64,000 nucleotides of DNA from Elusimicrobia bacterium RIFOXYA2_FULL_39_19 (GCA_001800285.1 MGVC01000005.1:18476-82475); one strand, 5' to 3'; numbered from the stretch's first letter, positions 34,344 to 43,993 are shown. The notes: generated from the sequence alone by a model not told the origin. Made by a program: numbers and translations.

Positions 34344-35377
34344 TGTATTTTTGATTGTATTTCTGCAATTTTGCAGGCTGTCTTTGATTTTCCGGTTATT
34401 TTTCCTGTTTCAAGCAGCGCAATTCCCGGGCATCTTCTACACGCTTTAATGTTACTACATTTCAAACACTCTTTGCAATCTTTTGTACTGTATTTTCTAA
34501 GCCTTTTTGCTTTTTTTGATTTATGCCATATATTTCTGAAACTTTGATTTTTCAAATTTCCAAGCGGATATAATAACTGCAAACATGGATAAACAATTCC
34601 CTGCGGTGAAATACCGGCAAAAACTTTGCCTGCATTGCAAAACAAATCAGGAACATCCTGTAATGAAACATCTGTTGAAACTTCGTACTGGTTTATCAGA
34701 TATTTATTTAACTTTTTATCCGTATAAATGGTTTTAAGCTTTTCGGCGCTTAACTGAAACCTCTGGATTGTGCAGTCACCGTTATTTTGGGGGGCAAGGA
34801 CCGGGTCAAGCCTGTATTCAAACTTATTTTTTTTGGCAAATTTTATCAGCCATTTGTAATCGTTGAAGTTTATATTCAGAAGCGGCGCTTTAATTCTAAC
34901 CGGAACCTTGTATTTCTTTAATAATTTCAATGCAACAAGTGTTTTTTTAAAAGAATTGTTTTTTGCCGTTATCTGTTCATGACTTTTTTTTCTTCCGTAC
35001 AAACTTATCTCTACAGCGCTTAACCCGATTTCCGATAACATTTTTGCGTGTTCTTTTGTTATTAAAGTACCGTTTGAAAAAAGCCGGAGATCAAAATTTA
35101 ATTTCCTGGCGTAAGCGCATAATTCTAACAAGTCTTTGCGTAAAAATATCTCTCCACCGGTAAAACATAAGTACAGGCAACCGGCGCGGGCAAGCTTATC
35201 AAGGATTGTTTTTACTTCCTTCGTGTTTAATTCGCTTTTGTTTTGTTTTATCAGGTAGCAATGCAGGCATTTCAGGTTACATCTATGCGTAAGTTCAAAT
35301 ACGGTATAAAGCGGCAGGTTATTTTTATATGCAGCTTCTGTTAAACTGTTTGATGGGCTAATCATTTTGTATTTCAA
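34340..35377 (-). CDS. Radical SAM / SPASM-domain peptide-maturase-like enzyme
   Basis: CNLKCLHCY cluster motif. The C-terminal Cys-rich SPASM-like region reads CNAG..G.VYPC..., CKECLKCSNIKACRRCPG. Confidence 0.8.
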   Translation of the reverse strand: MKYKMISPSNSLTEAAYKNNLPLYTVFELTHRCNLKCLHCYLIKQNKSELNTKEVKTILDKLARAGCLYLCFTGGEIFLRKDLLELCAYARKLNFDLRLFSNGTLITKEHAKMLSEIGLSAVEISLYGRKKSHEQITAKNNSFKKTLVALKLLKKYKVPVRIKAPLLNINFNDYKWLIKFAKKNKFEYRLDPVLAPQNNGDCTIQRFQLSAEKLKTIYTDKKLNKYLINQYEVSTDVSLQDVPDLFCNAGKVFAGISPQGIVYPCLQLLYPLGNLKNQSFRNIWHKSKKAKRLRKYSTKDCKECLKCSNIKACRRCPGIALLETGKITGKSKTACKIAEIQSKIQ

Positions 35378-35624
35378 TCAAACCTTTTTCTTTCAATTCT
35401 GAAATAAACCCTGTCACATCATCAGCAGCTACTGTTTTTTCAACATCATATTCCTTTAACAGTAAATCAACCAGTTTGGCGGCACTGCACTTTTTATGCA
35501 GTTTCTGCCAGATAAAAGCGCCCACCTCATCCAATGAATGCAAACAAGATGTTCCTGTGTTTACAATATAGGCCTTGCCGTCAATAACTCTCCAGGCAAT
35601 ATTTTTTGAATGGCTTATTAGCAT
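35358..35624 (-). CDS. PqqD-family peptide-binding (RRE) protein
   Basis: 88 aa; ..YIVNTGTSCLHSLDEVGAFIWQKL...LVDLLLKEYDV....DVTGFISELKEKGLI is the typical PqqD pattern. It overlaps both neighbouring genes. Confidence 0.75.
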   Translation of the reverse strand: MLISHSKNIAWRVIDGKAYIVNTGTSCLHSLDEVGAFIWQKLHKKCSAAKLVDLLLKEYDVEKTVAADDVTGFISELKEKGLIEIQND

Positions 35625-36412
35625 AATTTCTCCGCAGAAATATTTTTAGGAAAAAATAGTGTTTGAAAAATCAGCTTGTTTTTCATTGAGAGAATTGTAT
35701 CTATCATTTTACTTATCAATTTTGGGTCTTTACTGAAAAACAGTATGTTGGGAAGCAGTTTTTTTATAAATGCCGGGCTGAATTCATTTTTTACAAAATA
35801 CTTTTTGCTCTTTTGTATAAAACAAATCTTTTTAAGCTTCAGGGTCAGATTTGTTTTTCCGGGTTTCAGTTCTCCCCAAAATGGTGTACTGGAAGCTTTT
35901 ATTATTCCGTTAATATTTTGCACAAGAACCAGCTCATCAGAAAGTACAGCTGAAGGTTTAAACTTTTTTGCTATGGTTGACTTGCCTGCATTTGTTTTAC
36001 CAATAAATAAATTAGCAGCATTTCTGAATTTAATACCGGAAGCATGCACTAAAAAACCGTTATTTATTACAGAAAACACCGAAAAAACAACTCTCAGCAG
36101 GGAATCAAGCGAATATATGTTTTCCCTTAGTTGGGCAACAGCCTTTAATTTAGAAGTGTCAAAACTTAATTGAAAATCATTTCTTGAAAAACAATGAACA
36201 CCTTTTATGTTTTTATATGTTACTTCCTTATTCTGATTCAATTTATCAGGAACAAATACTAATTTTAAATCAAGAACTTTCTGTTTTTTGAATGATCTTA
36301 CAAAAAATGGCCCATATCTTTCCGTTATTTTATTTAGGATACTACGATTTACAGAATTATTTATCTGTAAATTTAATGCAAGTTTTGTACCTAAAAGAAT
36401 TTTATAATTCAC
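35618..36412 (-). CDS. HprK-related kinase-like P-loop protein
   Basis: LVHASGIKFRNAANLFIGKTNAGKSTIA resembles the HPr kinase C-terminal nucleotide-binding segment. It has a GTG start. Its context, with PqqD and rSAM/SPASM genes, supports the call. Confidence 0.55.
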   Translation of the reverse strand: MNYKILLGTKLALNLQINNSVNRSILNKITERYGPFFVRSFKKQKVLDLKLVFVPDKLNQNKEVTYKNIKGVHCFSRNDFQLSFDTSKLKAVAQLRENIYSLDSLLRVVFSVFSVINNGFLVHASGIKFRNAANLFIGKTNAGKSTIAKKFKPSAVLSDELVLVQNINGIIKASSTPFWGELKPGKTNLTLKLKKICFIQKSKKYFVKNEFSPAFIKKLLPNILFFSKDPKLISKMIDTILSMKNKLIFQTLFFPKNISAEKLC

Positions 36413-36441
36413 AGGTTTTCCGGTAAGCTAAGGCAAGGAGG

Positions 36442-37554
36442 TCAGATGGTTTTTACCCACCATCTTCTGGCTTTCAGTTCCAGTGCGAGTTTTTTATCTT
36501 CTAATTTCAATTTTGTTTCATCTACAGCTTCCGTTATATAGATAACGCTGTTTTTGCTTAAATCCACCAGCTTTTCTGTTGGCACTCTTTTATTTTCACT
36601 GTCAATTACTATTTTAAGTTTGGGCCTTGTGGGTAGTCCGGGGTTTGAGCCTACAACCCGGGCTATTTCGTCAGTATTTACCCGGACATAACTGCCTATA
36701 GGATAAAGTGAAACCTTTTCTATGAATAACTTTACCAGATTCATATCAAAATTCATGTCAGCCATATCAATCATTTTCTTAAGCGCGTCATGTGACAGTA
36801 TGCTTTCTCTCCAGGACCGCGGATGGGTAAATGCTTCAAACACGTCAGCTACGCTGATAATTTTTGACATTATGTCTATTTCTTCTCCGGAAAGACCTTT
36901 TGGATAACCGGCGCCGTCTCTGCGTTCGTGTACCTGGGATATAATTACGGAAACTGCGGTTTTGGTTTGCGGAGACATTATTACATTTTCCAGCAATTGT
37001 TTATTATACATAGTGTGTTTTTTGATTTCGCTGAATTCTGAACCATTTACCTTGCCTTGTTTTGCCGCAAGTTCTACAACTTTAAGCATTCCGATGTCAT
37101 GCAGGAATGCTGAAATGGTAAGTTTTTCCAGCTGTTCTGAAGAATAGCCGTAGGCAAAACCAAGGGCTGTAGAAAGAATAGCGGTATTAACACTGTGGCT
37201 ATGCAGATATAAGTCCGGCGTAGTATATCTGCACATGGCAATCAGTTCATCATTGTTGGCTACTATTAAAGCTATTATTTTTCTTGCTACATTTAAAAGC
37301 GGGTTTATGTCTACTTTGTTTTTTTCAATATTCAGAAGGAACTTTCTTTGCGTATCAATACCTTCCGTATAGACTTTTTCCGCTGAATCTACACGGTGTA
37401 TCTCCTGAACAAACTGTACCTTGTCCAGTTGGGGCTCTTCGGTTTTTTCTTCAACAATTTCTTCGGGTTCTAATTCGGATACTTCTTGAGGGGTTAAATC
37501 TTCAGTGGATTTATTTTGGACGGATTTTTTCTTAAGTATGTCTGAAAGTCGCAT
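36442..37554 (-). CDS. HD-GYP domain protein, predicted c-di-GMP phosphodiesterase
   Basis: FLHDIGM (HD) and VHERRDGAGYPKGL (HHExxDGxGYP-type) motifs. Confidence 0.8.
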   Translation of the reverse strand: MRLSDILKKKSVQNKSTEDLTPQEVSELEPEEIVEEKTEEPQLDKVQFVQEIHRVDSAEKVYTEGIDTQRKFLLNIEKNKVDINPLLNVARKIIALIVANNDELIAMCRYTTPDLYLHSHSVNTAILSTALGFAYGYSSEQLEKLTISAFLHDIGMLKVVELAAKQGKVNGSEFSEIKKHTMYNKQLLENVIMSPQTKTAVSVIISQVHERRDGAGYPKGLSGEEIDIMSKIISVADVFEAFTHPRSWRESILSHDALKKMIDMADMNFDMNLVKLFIEKVSLYPIGSYVRVNTDEIARVVGSNPGLPTRPKLKIVIDSENKRVPTEKLVDLSKNSVIYITEAVDETKLKLEDKKLALELKARRWWVKTI

Positions 37555-37559
37555 GGTTT

Positions 37560-37588
37560 AATATATAAAATACTTGGCTGTATGTCAA
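37560..37588 (-). promoter_or_regulatory. Sigma70-type promoter directly abutting the HD-GYP start codon
   Basis: Minus strand TTGACA (37583-37588), 17 nt spacer, TATATT (37560-37565), then AAACC and ATG (37554). Confidence 0.45.
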
Positions 37589-37594
37589 TTTATC

Positions 37595-37617
37595 TGAAGG
37601 CAGATTTCTGCACTTCA
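37595..37617 (-). terminator. Hairpin overlapping the histidine-kinase stop codon; weak terminator candidate
   Basis: The minus strand reads TGAAGtGCAG-AAAT-CTGCcTTCA. The downstream sequence is A/T-rich but has no clean U tract. Confidence 0.3.
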
Positions 37618-39687
37618 ACCGTCGTAGGGCAGTTCAATGATAAAGGTAGTTCCTTTCTTTAGTTCGCTTTCAATTTCTATATTCCCGCCATGCTCTTTAA
37701 TAATTCTGAAACTTGTAGATAAACCAAGCCCGGTACCTTTTGTTTTGGTAGTAAAAAATGGTTTGAATAACTGTTTTATGTTTTCTTTGGAAATACCAGG
37801 CCCGGTGTCTTTTACTTTTATCTTGAGATTTTCTTTGTTACTGTCTTCCAGCATTATACTGATAATTCCCTGGCCGGGAATAGCCTGTATGGCATTTAAT
37901 ATAATATTCATTAAAACTTGTTTTATCTGGGCGGGGTCTGCATAAATAGTAATGTCTTTTCTCGAATATTCTTTGACTACTTTTATATTTTTCTTTGCCG
38001 CTTCATGGCTTAAAAGCATAAGAATATTTTCAATTATATAATCTACATTTATTCTTTCAAACTGGTTCTTTTGAAGCCTGCTATAATCTGAAAGGCTATT
38101 CAATATTGTTTCCAAATGATCCAGTTCCTGAGGCACAATACTGCTGAACTTTTCCCGGTACTCTTTATCTTCAAATTTCCGAGTTAGAAGCTGAGTAAAA
38201 GTTTTTATAGCTACCAGCGGATTTTTTATTTCATGTACTACTGTGGAAGCCAGTGTGCCCAATGCTACCATTTTATCCGCCTGATACATGCTTTTTTCAA
38301 AATTACGCAATTGTTCGGTAAGCCTGGCGTTTTCTATAGCAACTGAAGACTGGGATGCTATTGAAGAAATAAAATCCAGGTCCTGCCTTAAAAAAGCATC
38401 TTCCGACATTTTTTCTCCAACACAAATTATTCCTATAAGTTCTTTATTTAATTTTACGGGAACCATGAGCATACTTTTAAGTTTAAATATTTTTCTTTCA
38501 AATTCACCTTTAATTTCATTAAGTTCGTTAAAAAATATTTTGTTTTTGTGTTTTTCAAACCAGCTTGTAATGTAGTCACCTTTTTCAAAACACACTTCTT
38601 CACTGTTAAGTAGATTAAAATTTCTGGACATTCTTATTGTATATTTTTCATTTTCTTCATTAATAAGAAGAATGGAAATCTTTTTTACAAACAGGGTATT
38701 GGTTATGGTATCAGCTATATGATCCAGTAAGGGGCCCAGCACCATCAAAGAACTTAATTTGTCGCTGAAGGCAGATAATATTTTCTGAGAATCATACTTT
38801 GTCTTGAAAAACAGTTTATCTACTATGTTTTGAAGCCAATTACGCACAGGAACAAAACCTGCAGCAACAATAATAGCAGTAGCCGTATTAACAAGAATTG
38901 AATTAAACCTTAAATATTCCAGGCCAAATGCCAGAGAAACGGCAACTATTAGTGTATATATACCTGCTACTATGGTAGTCAGTGCTGTATAAACTATAGC
39001 GCGTTTAATGACTACGCGGATATCAAAAGCCTGGTATTTTAGAATGGAATAAGCAATAAGCCCGGTCCAGATAATATTTATAAATCCGCTAACAGGATAA
39101 ATTTCAAATCCAAGAGAAAGAGCAAACAATGTAAATCCGAAAAAAACAAAAAGACTGATACCGATAAAAAAATATTTTAACTGGTTTTTAACCATGAATG
39201 ATTCTGTAACTTTAAAGGTCTTAACAAGATGGGCTAATCCATAGGATATCCAGAAAGCAACATTTAATGCAGACAGGATGTAAAGCAGAGTAGGTTTTGG
39301 TGCATAGGTCACACCTACTCTAATGTATTCTTTTGTCATTAACCCAAAAAAACCCAATATTGTAAAAAGTATTCCTATACCGTAGGACAGGTATATTAGC
39401 TTTTTGTTTCTTTCACTTATATTTCTTGATAATATCAGCATAAAATGGAATCCAGCTGCTGGTCCTAACAAGAAACCAAATCTGAATGTATCTGCCCATG
39501 TTTTGGCTAATACAGCATTTGGCATGACGTATAGTCCAAATAAGTCAAAAGACCACATTGCAATACAAAACGCAAAAAAAGCAAATATTCTGTTAAGCGG
39601 GCTTTTTGTATTTTTTTGAAACACAAAAACAGACAGGACTAAATTGACTATTGTTGAAGTTAACCAGGGAATGCAATGTATGTTCAT
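37615..39687 (-). CDS. Sensor histidine kinase (multi-TM N-terminus, GAF-like region, HisKA, HATPase)
   Basis: ~7 N-terminal TM helices, H-box VVHEIKNPL, N-box NAIQA, G-boxes DTGPGI and GTGLGLS. Confidence 0.85.
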   Translation of the reverse strand: MNIHCIPWLTSTIVNLVLSVFVFQKNTKSPLNRIFAFFAFCIAMWSFDLFGLYVMPNAVLAKTWADTFRFGFLLGPAAGFHFMLILSRNISERNKKLIYLSYGIGILFTILGFFGLMTKEYIRVGVTYAPKPTLLYILSALNVAFWISYGLAHLVKTFKVTESFMVKNQLKYFFIGISLFVFFGFTLFALSLGFEIYPVSGFINIIWTGLIAYSILKYQAFDIRVVIKRAIVYTALTTIVAGIYTLIVAVSLAFGLEYLRFNSILVNTATAIIVAAGFVPVRNWLQNIVDKLFFKTKYDSQKILSAFSDKLSSLMVLGPLLDHIADTITNTLFVKKISILLINEENEKYTIRMSRNFNLLNSEEVCFEKGDYITSWFEKHKNKIFFNELNEIKGEFERKIFKLKSMLMVPVKLNKELIGIICVGEKMSEDAFLRQDLDFISSIASQSSVAIENARLTEQLRNFEKSMYQADKMVALGTLASTVVHEIKNPLVAIKTFTQLLTRKFEDKEYREKFSSIVPQELDHLETILNSLSDYSRLQKNQFERINVDYIIENILMLLSHEAAKKNIKVVKEYSRKDITIYADPAQIKQVLMNIILNAIQAIPGQGIISIMLEDSNKENLKIKVKDTGPGISKENIKQLFKPFFTTKTKGTGLGLSTSFRIIKEHGGNIEIESELKKGTTFIIELPYDG

Positions 39688-39787
39688 AAATTATTAATTT
39701 TATAAAATATAAATTTCAAACCTTAAATAGTAGTATATCAAATGAACATGCATTTTCAAAACATCAGCAAATATCTTCTTTACTTGA

Positions 39788-41125
39788 CTAATATTTGTAC
39801 GCCTCTTTTATTGACATATACAACTGTTCATAGATGGGTTTTGAAACCGGGACCGACTTACCAGCACTTCCTTTTGTATAGGTTCTTAAGTACAAATCCG
39901 CCAAGCATTCATAAAATTTTTCTCTTGGTAATTTCGTAGGAAATATTGAATGAATAAAATCAAAAAGATTATAATTGTAAGTCACAAATTCTTTGTACCT
40001 TTCATGATACAAATCTGTTCCGGGTAACGGCGTCAGGACAGAAAATATCGGGTGCGGAAGATTCATTTTTTCAACATAATCACCTAACTCTATAAAATCC
40101 TTTTCCAAGTAATCGGGATTTACAATGAACTGGGCAACTACTGTAATATTATTTTGGTGCAAAATATTTATAGCTTCTTCATTGTTTTTTACTGAATTGC
40201 TTTTGTTAAAAACCTTTAGTTCTTCATCCCTGAAAGACTCAATACCCAACAGTACCATTTCCGCTCCAATCTCTTTCCATTTTGCTATTAAATCGGGATG
40301 TTTTACTATAGTATCTGACCTGGCAATAAGTTTGTATGTCTTTTTTATTCCTTTTTCTTTTAGTAATTCGTACAGTTTTTCTGCTCTGTTAACATCATGC
40401 AGAAAATTATCATCACAAATACTTATATAAGGTTCTTCTATAGTTTGAATCTCTTTAACAATACTTTCTGCGCTTCTTAATCTATACCGGCCCCTTTCAT
40501 GCTTCCAGACTGCACAGAAATTACATCTAAACGGGCAACCTCTTGAAGTTAGTAAAGATGCTACCGGCCTCCAGGCTGCCCTGAAATATTTTTCACGGTA
40601 TTTTTTGGTTAAATGTCTTACTGGGAAGGGCATATCGTCAAGATTTTCCATAAAATCTCTTTCCTGAGTTATTTTAAGTTTACAATTTTCCTGAATACCT
40701 ATACCCTTTATTTTTGAAAAATCTTTTTTAAATTCTACTGCATCAACTATTTCACTGAATGTCGCCTGGCCTTCACCAATCACAACAAAATCTATGCAGG
40801 CTTTATTAAAATCCTCAGGAATTAGTGTAGGGTGGTGGCCGCCTACTACAGTAATAACATCTTTATTGAATTTTTTAATGTTTTCAAATATTTCACAAGC
40901 CGCATATACATCGGGAGTTAAAGCTGTTATGCCTACAATATCTGGTTTAAATGTGTCCAGGTCTTCTTTCAATAGTTTATCTATCCTCATATCCAGGATT
41001 TTAACGTTATGTTTATCTAAAACACCTGCTGCAATTGTTTCCAGAGCTAAAGGTTCTGGCAAATATAACACCCCGGATCCTACTAAATTTTCATTTAACG
41101 GCGGTTGAATAAGTAAAATGTTCAT
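39788..41125 (-). CDS. B12-binding-domain radical SAM enzyme (class B-like)
   Basis: N-terminal Rossmann-like B12-binding-type region (MNILLIQPP...DIVGITALT...VVGGHHPT) followed by TSRGCPFRCNFCAV. Confidence 0.8.
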   Translation of the reverse strand: MNILLIQPPLNENLVGSGVLYLPEPLALETIAAGVLDKHNVKILDMRIDKLLKEDLDTFKPDIVGITALTPDVYAACEIFENIKKFNKDVITVVGGHHPTLIPEDFNKACIDFVVIGEGQATFSEIVDAVEFKKDFSKIKGIGIQENCKLKITQERDFMENLDDMPFPVRHLTKKYREKYFRAAWRPVASLLTSRGCPFRCNFCAVWKHERGRYRLRSAESIVKEIQTIEEPYISICDDNFLHDVNRAEKLYELLKEKGIKKTYKLIARSDTIVKHPDLIAKWKEIGAEMVLLGIESFRDEELKVFNKSNSVKNNEEAINILHQNNITVVAQFIVNPDYLEKDFIELGDYVEKMNLPHPIFSVLTPLPGTDLYHERYKEFVTYNYNLFDFIHSIFPTKLPREKFYECLADLYLRTYTKGSAGKSVPVSKPIYEQLYMSIKEAYKY

Positions 41126-41926
41126 TTAATTCTCCTGTAATAAATTTATTTCCAAACATTTTCTGTTAAAAAGATCTACTAACGAACAGTTCGGTACTAC
41201 TATCGGTTTTCTTTTGTCTAATAACATTAAAACAGTTTCAAGCACCAACAGAGATCCCGCTAAGGAACATATAGGGCTTATTACTGAAGGAGTTATATCC
41301 CTGTTTGTCAGCTCAACTATTTTGTTGTGAGGAATATAATCGGGAAGTTTCACGCTGAGTTTTTTGAATATTTTATAAAAATCCGGCTCGGTGCCGGCAT
41401 CAACACCAAAAAACTTTTCCATTGTCAAACCTTTTGGGTCAAACACCAGCAATGGACTGCTATAAGCAATAGCACCTGACAAAATAACATAAAGATTTTT
41501 CTCCCGGGCCTTCGGATAAAGGGCCATACGGGCTTCAAAAGTGAAAAACTCTATGGCATCTATTACCAGATTGGCGCCCTGCAAAAACTCATCCACATTA
41601 TCTTTATTTACTCCTTCAGAGAAAACATCTACTTTAATTTCTGGATTGATATCTCTAACTATTTCAGCTATTACTTCCGCTTTTTTTCTGTTTAAGGTTT
41701 TAATGGAAGAACCAAACTGCCTGTTAAAATCTGTTGCTGAAAAAACTTCAGGGTCTGCGATTTTTATATGCCCCACACCCAATCGGGCAAGGCGTTCTGC
41801 CGGAAAGCCCCCTACTCCACCGACTCCCGCTATGCAGACAGTAGAATTTTTTAGTTTTTCCTGTTCTGCTTCTGTAAGCAGGCCTATGTTTCTGTTGGTA
41901 ATTTCAGTATATGCGGGTTTATTCAT
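41126..41926 (-). CDS. ThiF/MoeB/HesA-family E1-like adenylyltransferase
   Basis: VCIAGVGGVGGFPAERLARLGVGHIKIADPEVFSATDFNRQ nucleotide-binding motif. Confidence 0.75.
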   Translation of the reverse strand: MNKPAYTEITNRNIGLLTEAEQEKLKNSTVCIAGVGGVGGFPAERLARLGVGHIKIADPEVFSATDFNRQFGSSIKTLNRKKAEVIAEIVRDINPEIKVDVFSEGVNKDNVDEFLQGANLVIDAIEFFTFEARMALYPKAREKNLYVILSGAIAYSSPLLVFDPKGLTMEKFFGVDAGTEPDFYKIFKKLSVKLPDYIPHNKIVELTNRDITPSVISPICSLAGSLLVLETVLMLLDKRKPIVVPNCSLVDLFNRKCLEINLLQEN

Positions 41927-42483
41927 AGTATAAAAGGAATCAGGGCATACGTTTCTTTACGGTATTGCCTGTATTCATCCCCCAATTTAGAAATTAGTGC
42001 TTTTTCTTCAAACGGAATTCTGGAATAAATAGCAAGCACCATCAGTACAGCTCCTGAGGAAAGCATGTAATATGCATTTGCTATCAAAGCTACCGCTATC
42101 ACATCAATTACATTGCTTAAATAAACGGGATGCCTTAAAAACTTATACGGGCCTTTTCTAATTACCCTATGGTTTTCCCGTATTTCTATATCAGCGCTCC
42201 AGAATTCTGATAAAGTTGTTGCTCCCCACCTTTTGAGAAAAAAACGCGCAACCCACAACACCATACCTATGGCAGCAACAGTATAATTTATCTGCCTGTT
42301 TACTACCAGAAATTCCACAACTACCAGTACAAGGTAACTGGAATAAGCAATACCCAGAAAGTTAATGGTCCACTTGTCGCGGATTTCTCCTTTAGTTTTT
42401 TTCTTTTCATAAAGACTTATTTCAAAATACCTAAGCAAAATCATAAAAACCATAAACAACGCAAAAAAAATCTGATAATTCAT
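41923..42483 (-). CDS. ICMT/PEMT-like integral-membrane methyltransferase
   Basis: 186 aa, ~5 TM, with VIRKGPYKFLRHPVYLSNVI typical of the isoprenylcysteine carboxyl methyltransferase family. Confidence 0.65.
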   Translation of the reverse strand: MNYQIFFALFMVFMILLRYFEISLYEKKKTKGEIRDKWTINFLGIAYSSYLVLVVVEFLVVNRQINYTVAAIGMVLWVARFFLKRWGATTLSEFWSADIEIRENHRVIRKGPYKFLRHPVYLSNVIDVIAVALIANAYYMLSSGAVLMVLAIYSRIPFEEKALISKLGDEYRQYRKETYALIPFIL

Positions 42484-42499
42484 GTCTTTTTTCTCCTTT

Positions 42500-43897
42500 T
42501 TAGAATAATCTTAAATTCATCAACTTACCTGAAAACAAATTTGATATTTTAAACTGCGAGGTTTTGCACAGCCCTCCACCGCTATTTCCGTACATTTCAG
42601 GAAAAATACCGGCATTAATAGCCGCAGTATTTTTTACACCCTGATAATCAACTCTTTTTACTATCATGGAGATATTATTCCCGCCTAAACCAAAAGAATT
42701 AATAAGAGCTGAATTAACTTCGTTTCTTCGGCTTTTATTAGGCACATAATCCAAATCACAGTCAGGATCTTCCTCTTCATAATTAATGGTTGGCGGCAGA
42801 TGGTTTTCCTGTATAGACATCAATGTTGCCGCCATTTGAATAGCGCCTGTAGAGGCAAGCGGCTGGCCTATCATGGACTTTATAGAGCTTACAGGTATAT
42901 CATAAGCAGATTCCCCGAAAACTTCTTTTATAGCCATAGTTTCTCTTTTATCCGACACCTGGGAGGAACTGCCATGCGCATTTACATAATCTATGTCTTC
43001 TGGCTCCAACCCGGATTCATCCAATGCAAGATTTATAGCTTTTACAACTTCCTTGCCTGTCGGTTCCATTTTAAAAATATTATATCCATCATTTGTTACA
43101 CCGTAACCTGAAACTTCCGCATACATCTTTGCTTTGCGTTTCATAGCAAATTCATAACTTTCCATTACTACCACTCCTGCCCCTTCTGATAAAATATATC
43201 CTTCTCTGGATTTTTCAAAAGGCCTGCTAACAGTTTTCGGGTTTTCTTTTCCTTTTCCTTTTGCCAGCACCTGAGCAGCACAGAACGTATCAAAAGCAAA
43301 CGGAGTAATAGGTGTTTCACTTCCTCCGGCTATTACCACATCGGCCCGGCCGTTTTTTATTAAATCATAACCATACGCTATTGCATTTAAAGCTGAAGAA
43401 CAACCGGTGCAAATGGTCATGTTAGGGCCTTTTATACGAAATTCCTGGGCTATTACACCCAGCGCTGTATTGTTGTTTATTACGCTTACACATAAAGGAT
43501 TAATACCGTTTACACCTTTTTCTCTGAAAACATCATACTGTTGTTCATTTAGTTCCTGGCCCCCAATAGAAGTAGCAAAAGATATACCTGTCCGGTAAGA
43601 CAAGTCCTCATCAGAACCGTCAAGTTTTAATGAAGCGTCATCTACTGCCATCCTGGTTGCCGCAAGGGCAAACTGCGCAAACCGGCTTAACCGCCGGCCC
43701 AATTTATAATCCATATACTTTGAAGCATCAAAATCTTTTACTTCTCCAGCTACCTGGCTGGGATATTCGCTTGGGTCAAATCTTGTAACCCTGCCAATTC
43801 CTGACTCACCTGAAACTGTTGAATTCCAAAACTCATCCTTACCTATGCCATTTGGTGCAATTACACCAATACCTGTAATAACTACTCTTTTGCTCAT
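42500..43897 (-). CDS. FabF-like beta-ketoacyl synthase with a noncanonical active-site triad and a C-terminal tail
   Basis: MSKRVVITGIGVIAPNG start. Active-site Cys in TGCSS (C166), His in NAHGSS (H308), but KSMIGQPLASTG where FabF/FabB carry KSMxGHxLGAAG (Q345 in place of the second His). About 55 extra C-terminal residues follow SFGLGGNN. Confidence 0.8.
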   Translation of the reverse strand: MSKRVVITGIGVIAPNGIGKDEFWNSTVSGESGIGRVTRFDPSEYPSQVAGEVKDFDASKYMDYKLGRRLSRFAQFALAATRMAVDDASLKLDGSDEDLSYRTGISFATSIGGQELNEQQYDVFREKGVNGINPLCVSVINNNTALGVIAQEFRIKGPNMTICTGCSSALNAIAYGYDLIKNGRADVVIAGGSETPITPFAFDTFCAAQVLAKGKGKENPKTVSRPFEKSREGYILSEGAGVVVMESYEFAMKRKAKMYAEVSGYGVTNDGYNIFKMEPTGKEVVKAINLALDESGLEPEDIDYVNAHGSSSQVSDKRETMAIKEVFGESAYDIPVSSIKSMIGQPLASTGAIQMAATLMSIQENHLPPTINYEEEDPDCDLDYVPNKSRRNEVNSALINSFGLGGNNISMIVKRVDYQGVKNTAAINAGIFPEMYGNSGGGLCKTSQFKISNLFSGKLMNLRLF

Positions 43898-43959
43898 TCT
43901 GTCTTCACCTTTCCTTTAAGTATTTTAAATCCAATGAGAAGCGTGTTAAAACAGTATGC

Positions 43960-43974
43960 GCAATTAGTTTGCCA
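43960..43974 (-). promoter_or_regulatory. Sigma54 (-24/-12) promoter candidate
   Basis: Minus strand TGGCAA-ACTAA-TTGC, matching the spacing of TGGCAC-N5-TTGC. It lies ~63 nt upstream of the ketosynthase ATG. Confidence 0.55.
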
Positions 43975-43993
43975 GGCACCTTCCTATATAAAC

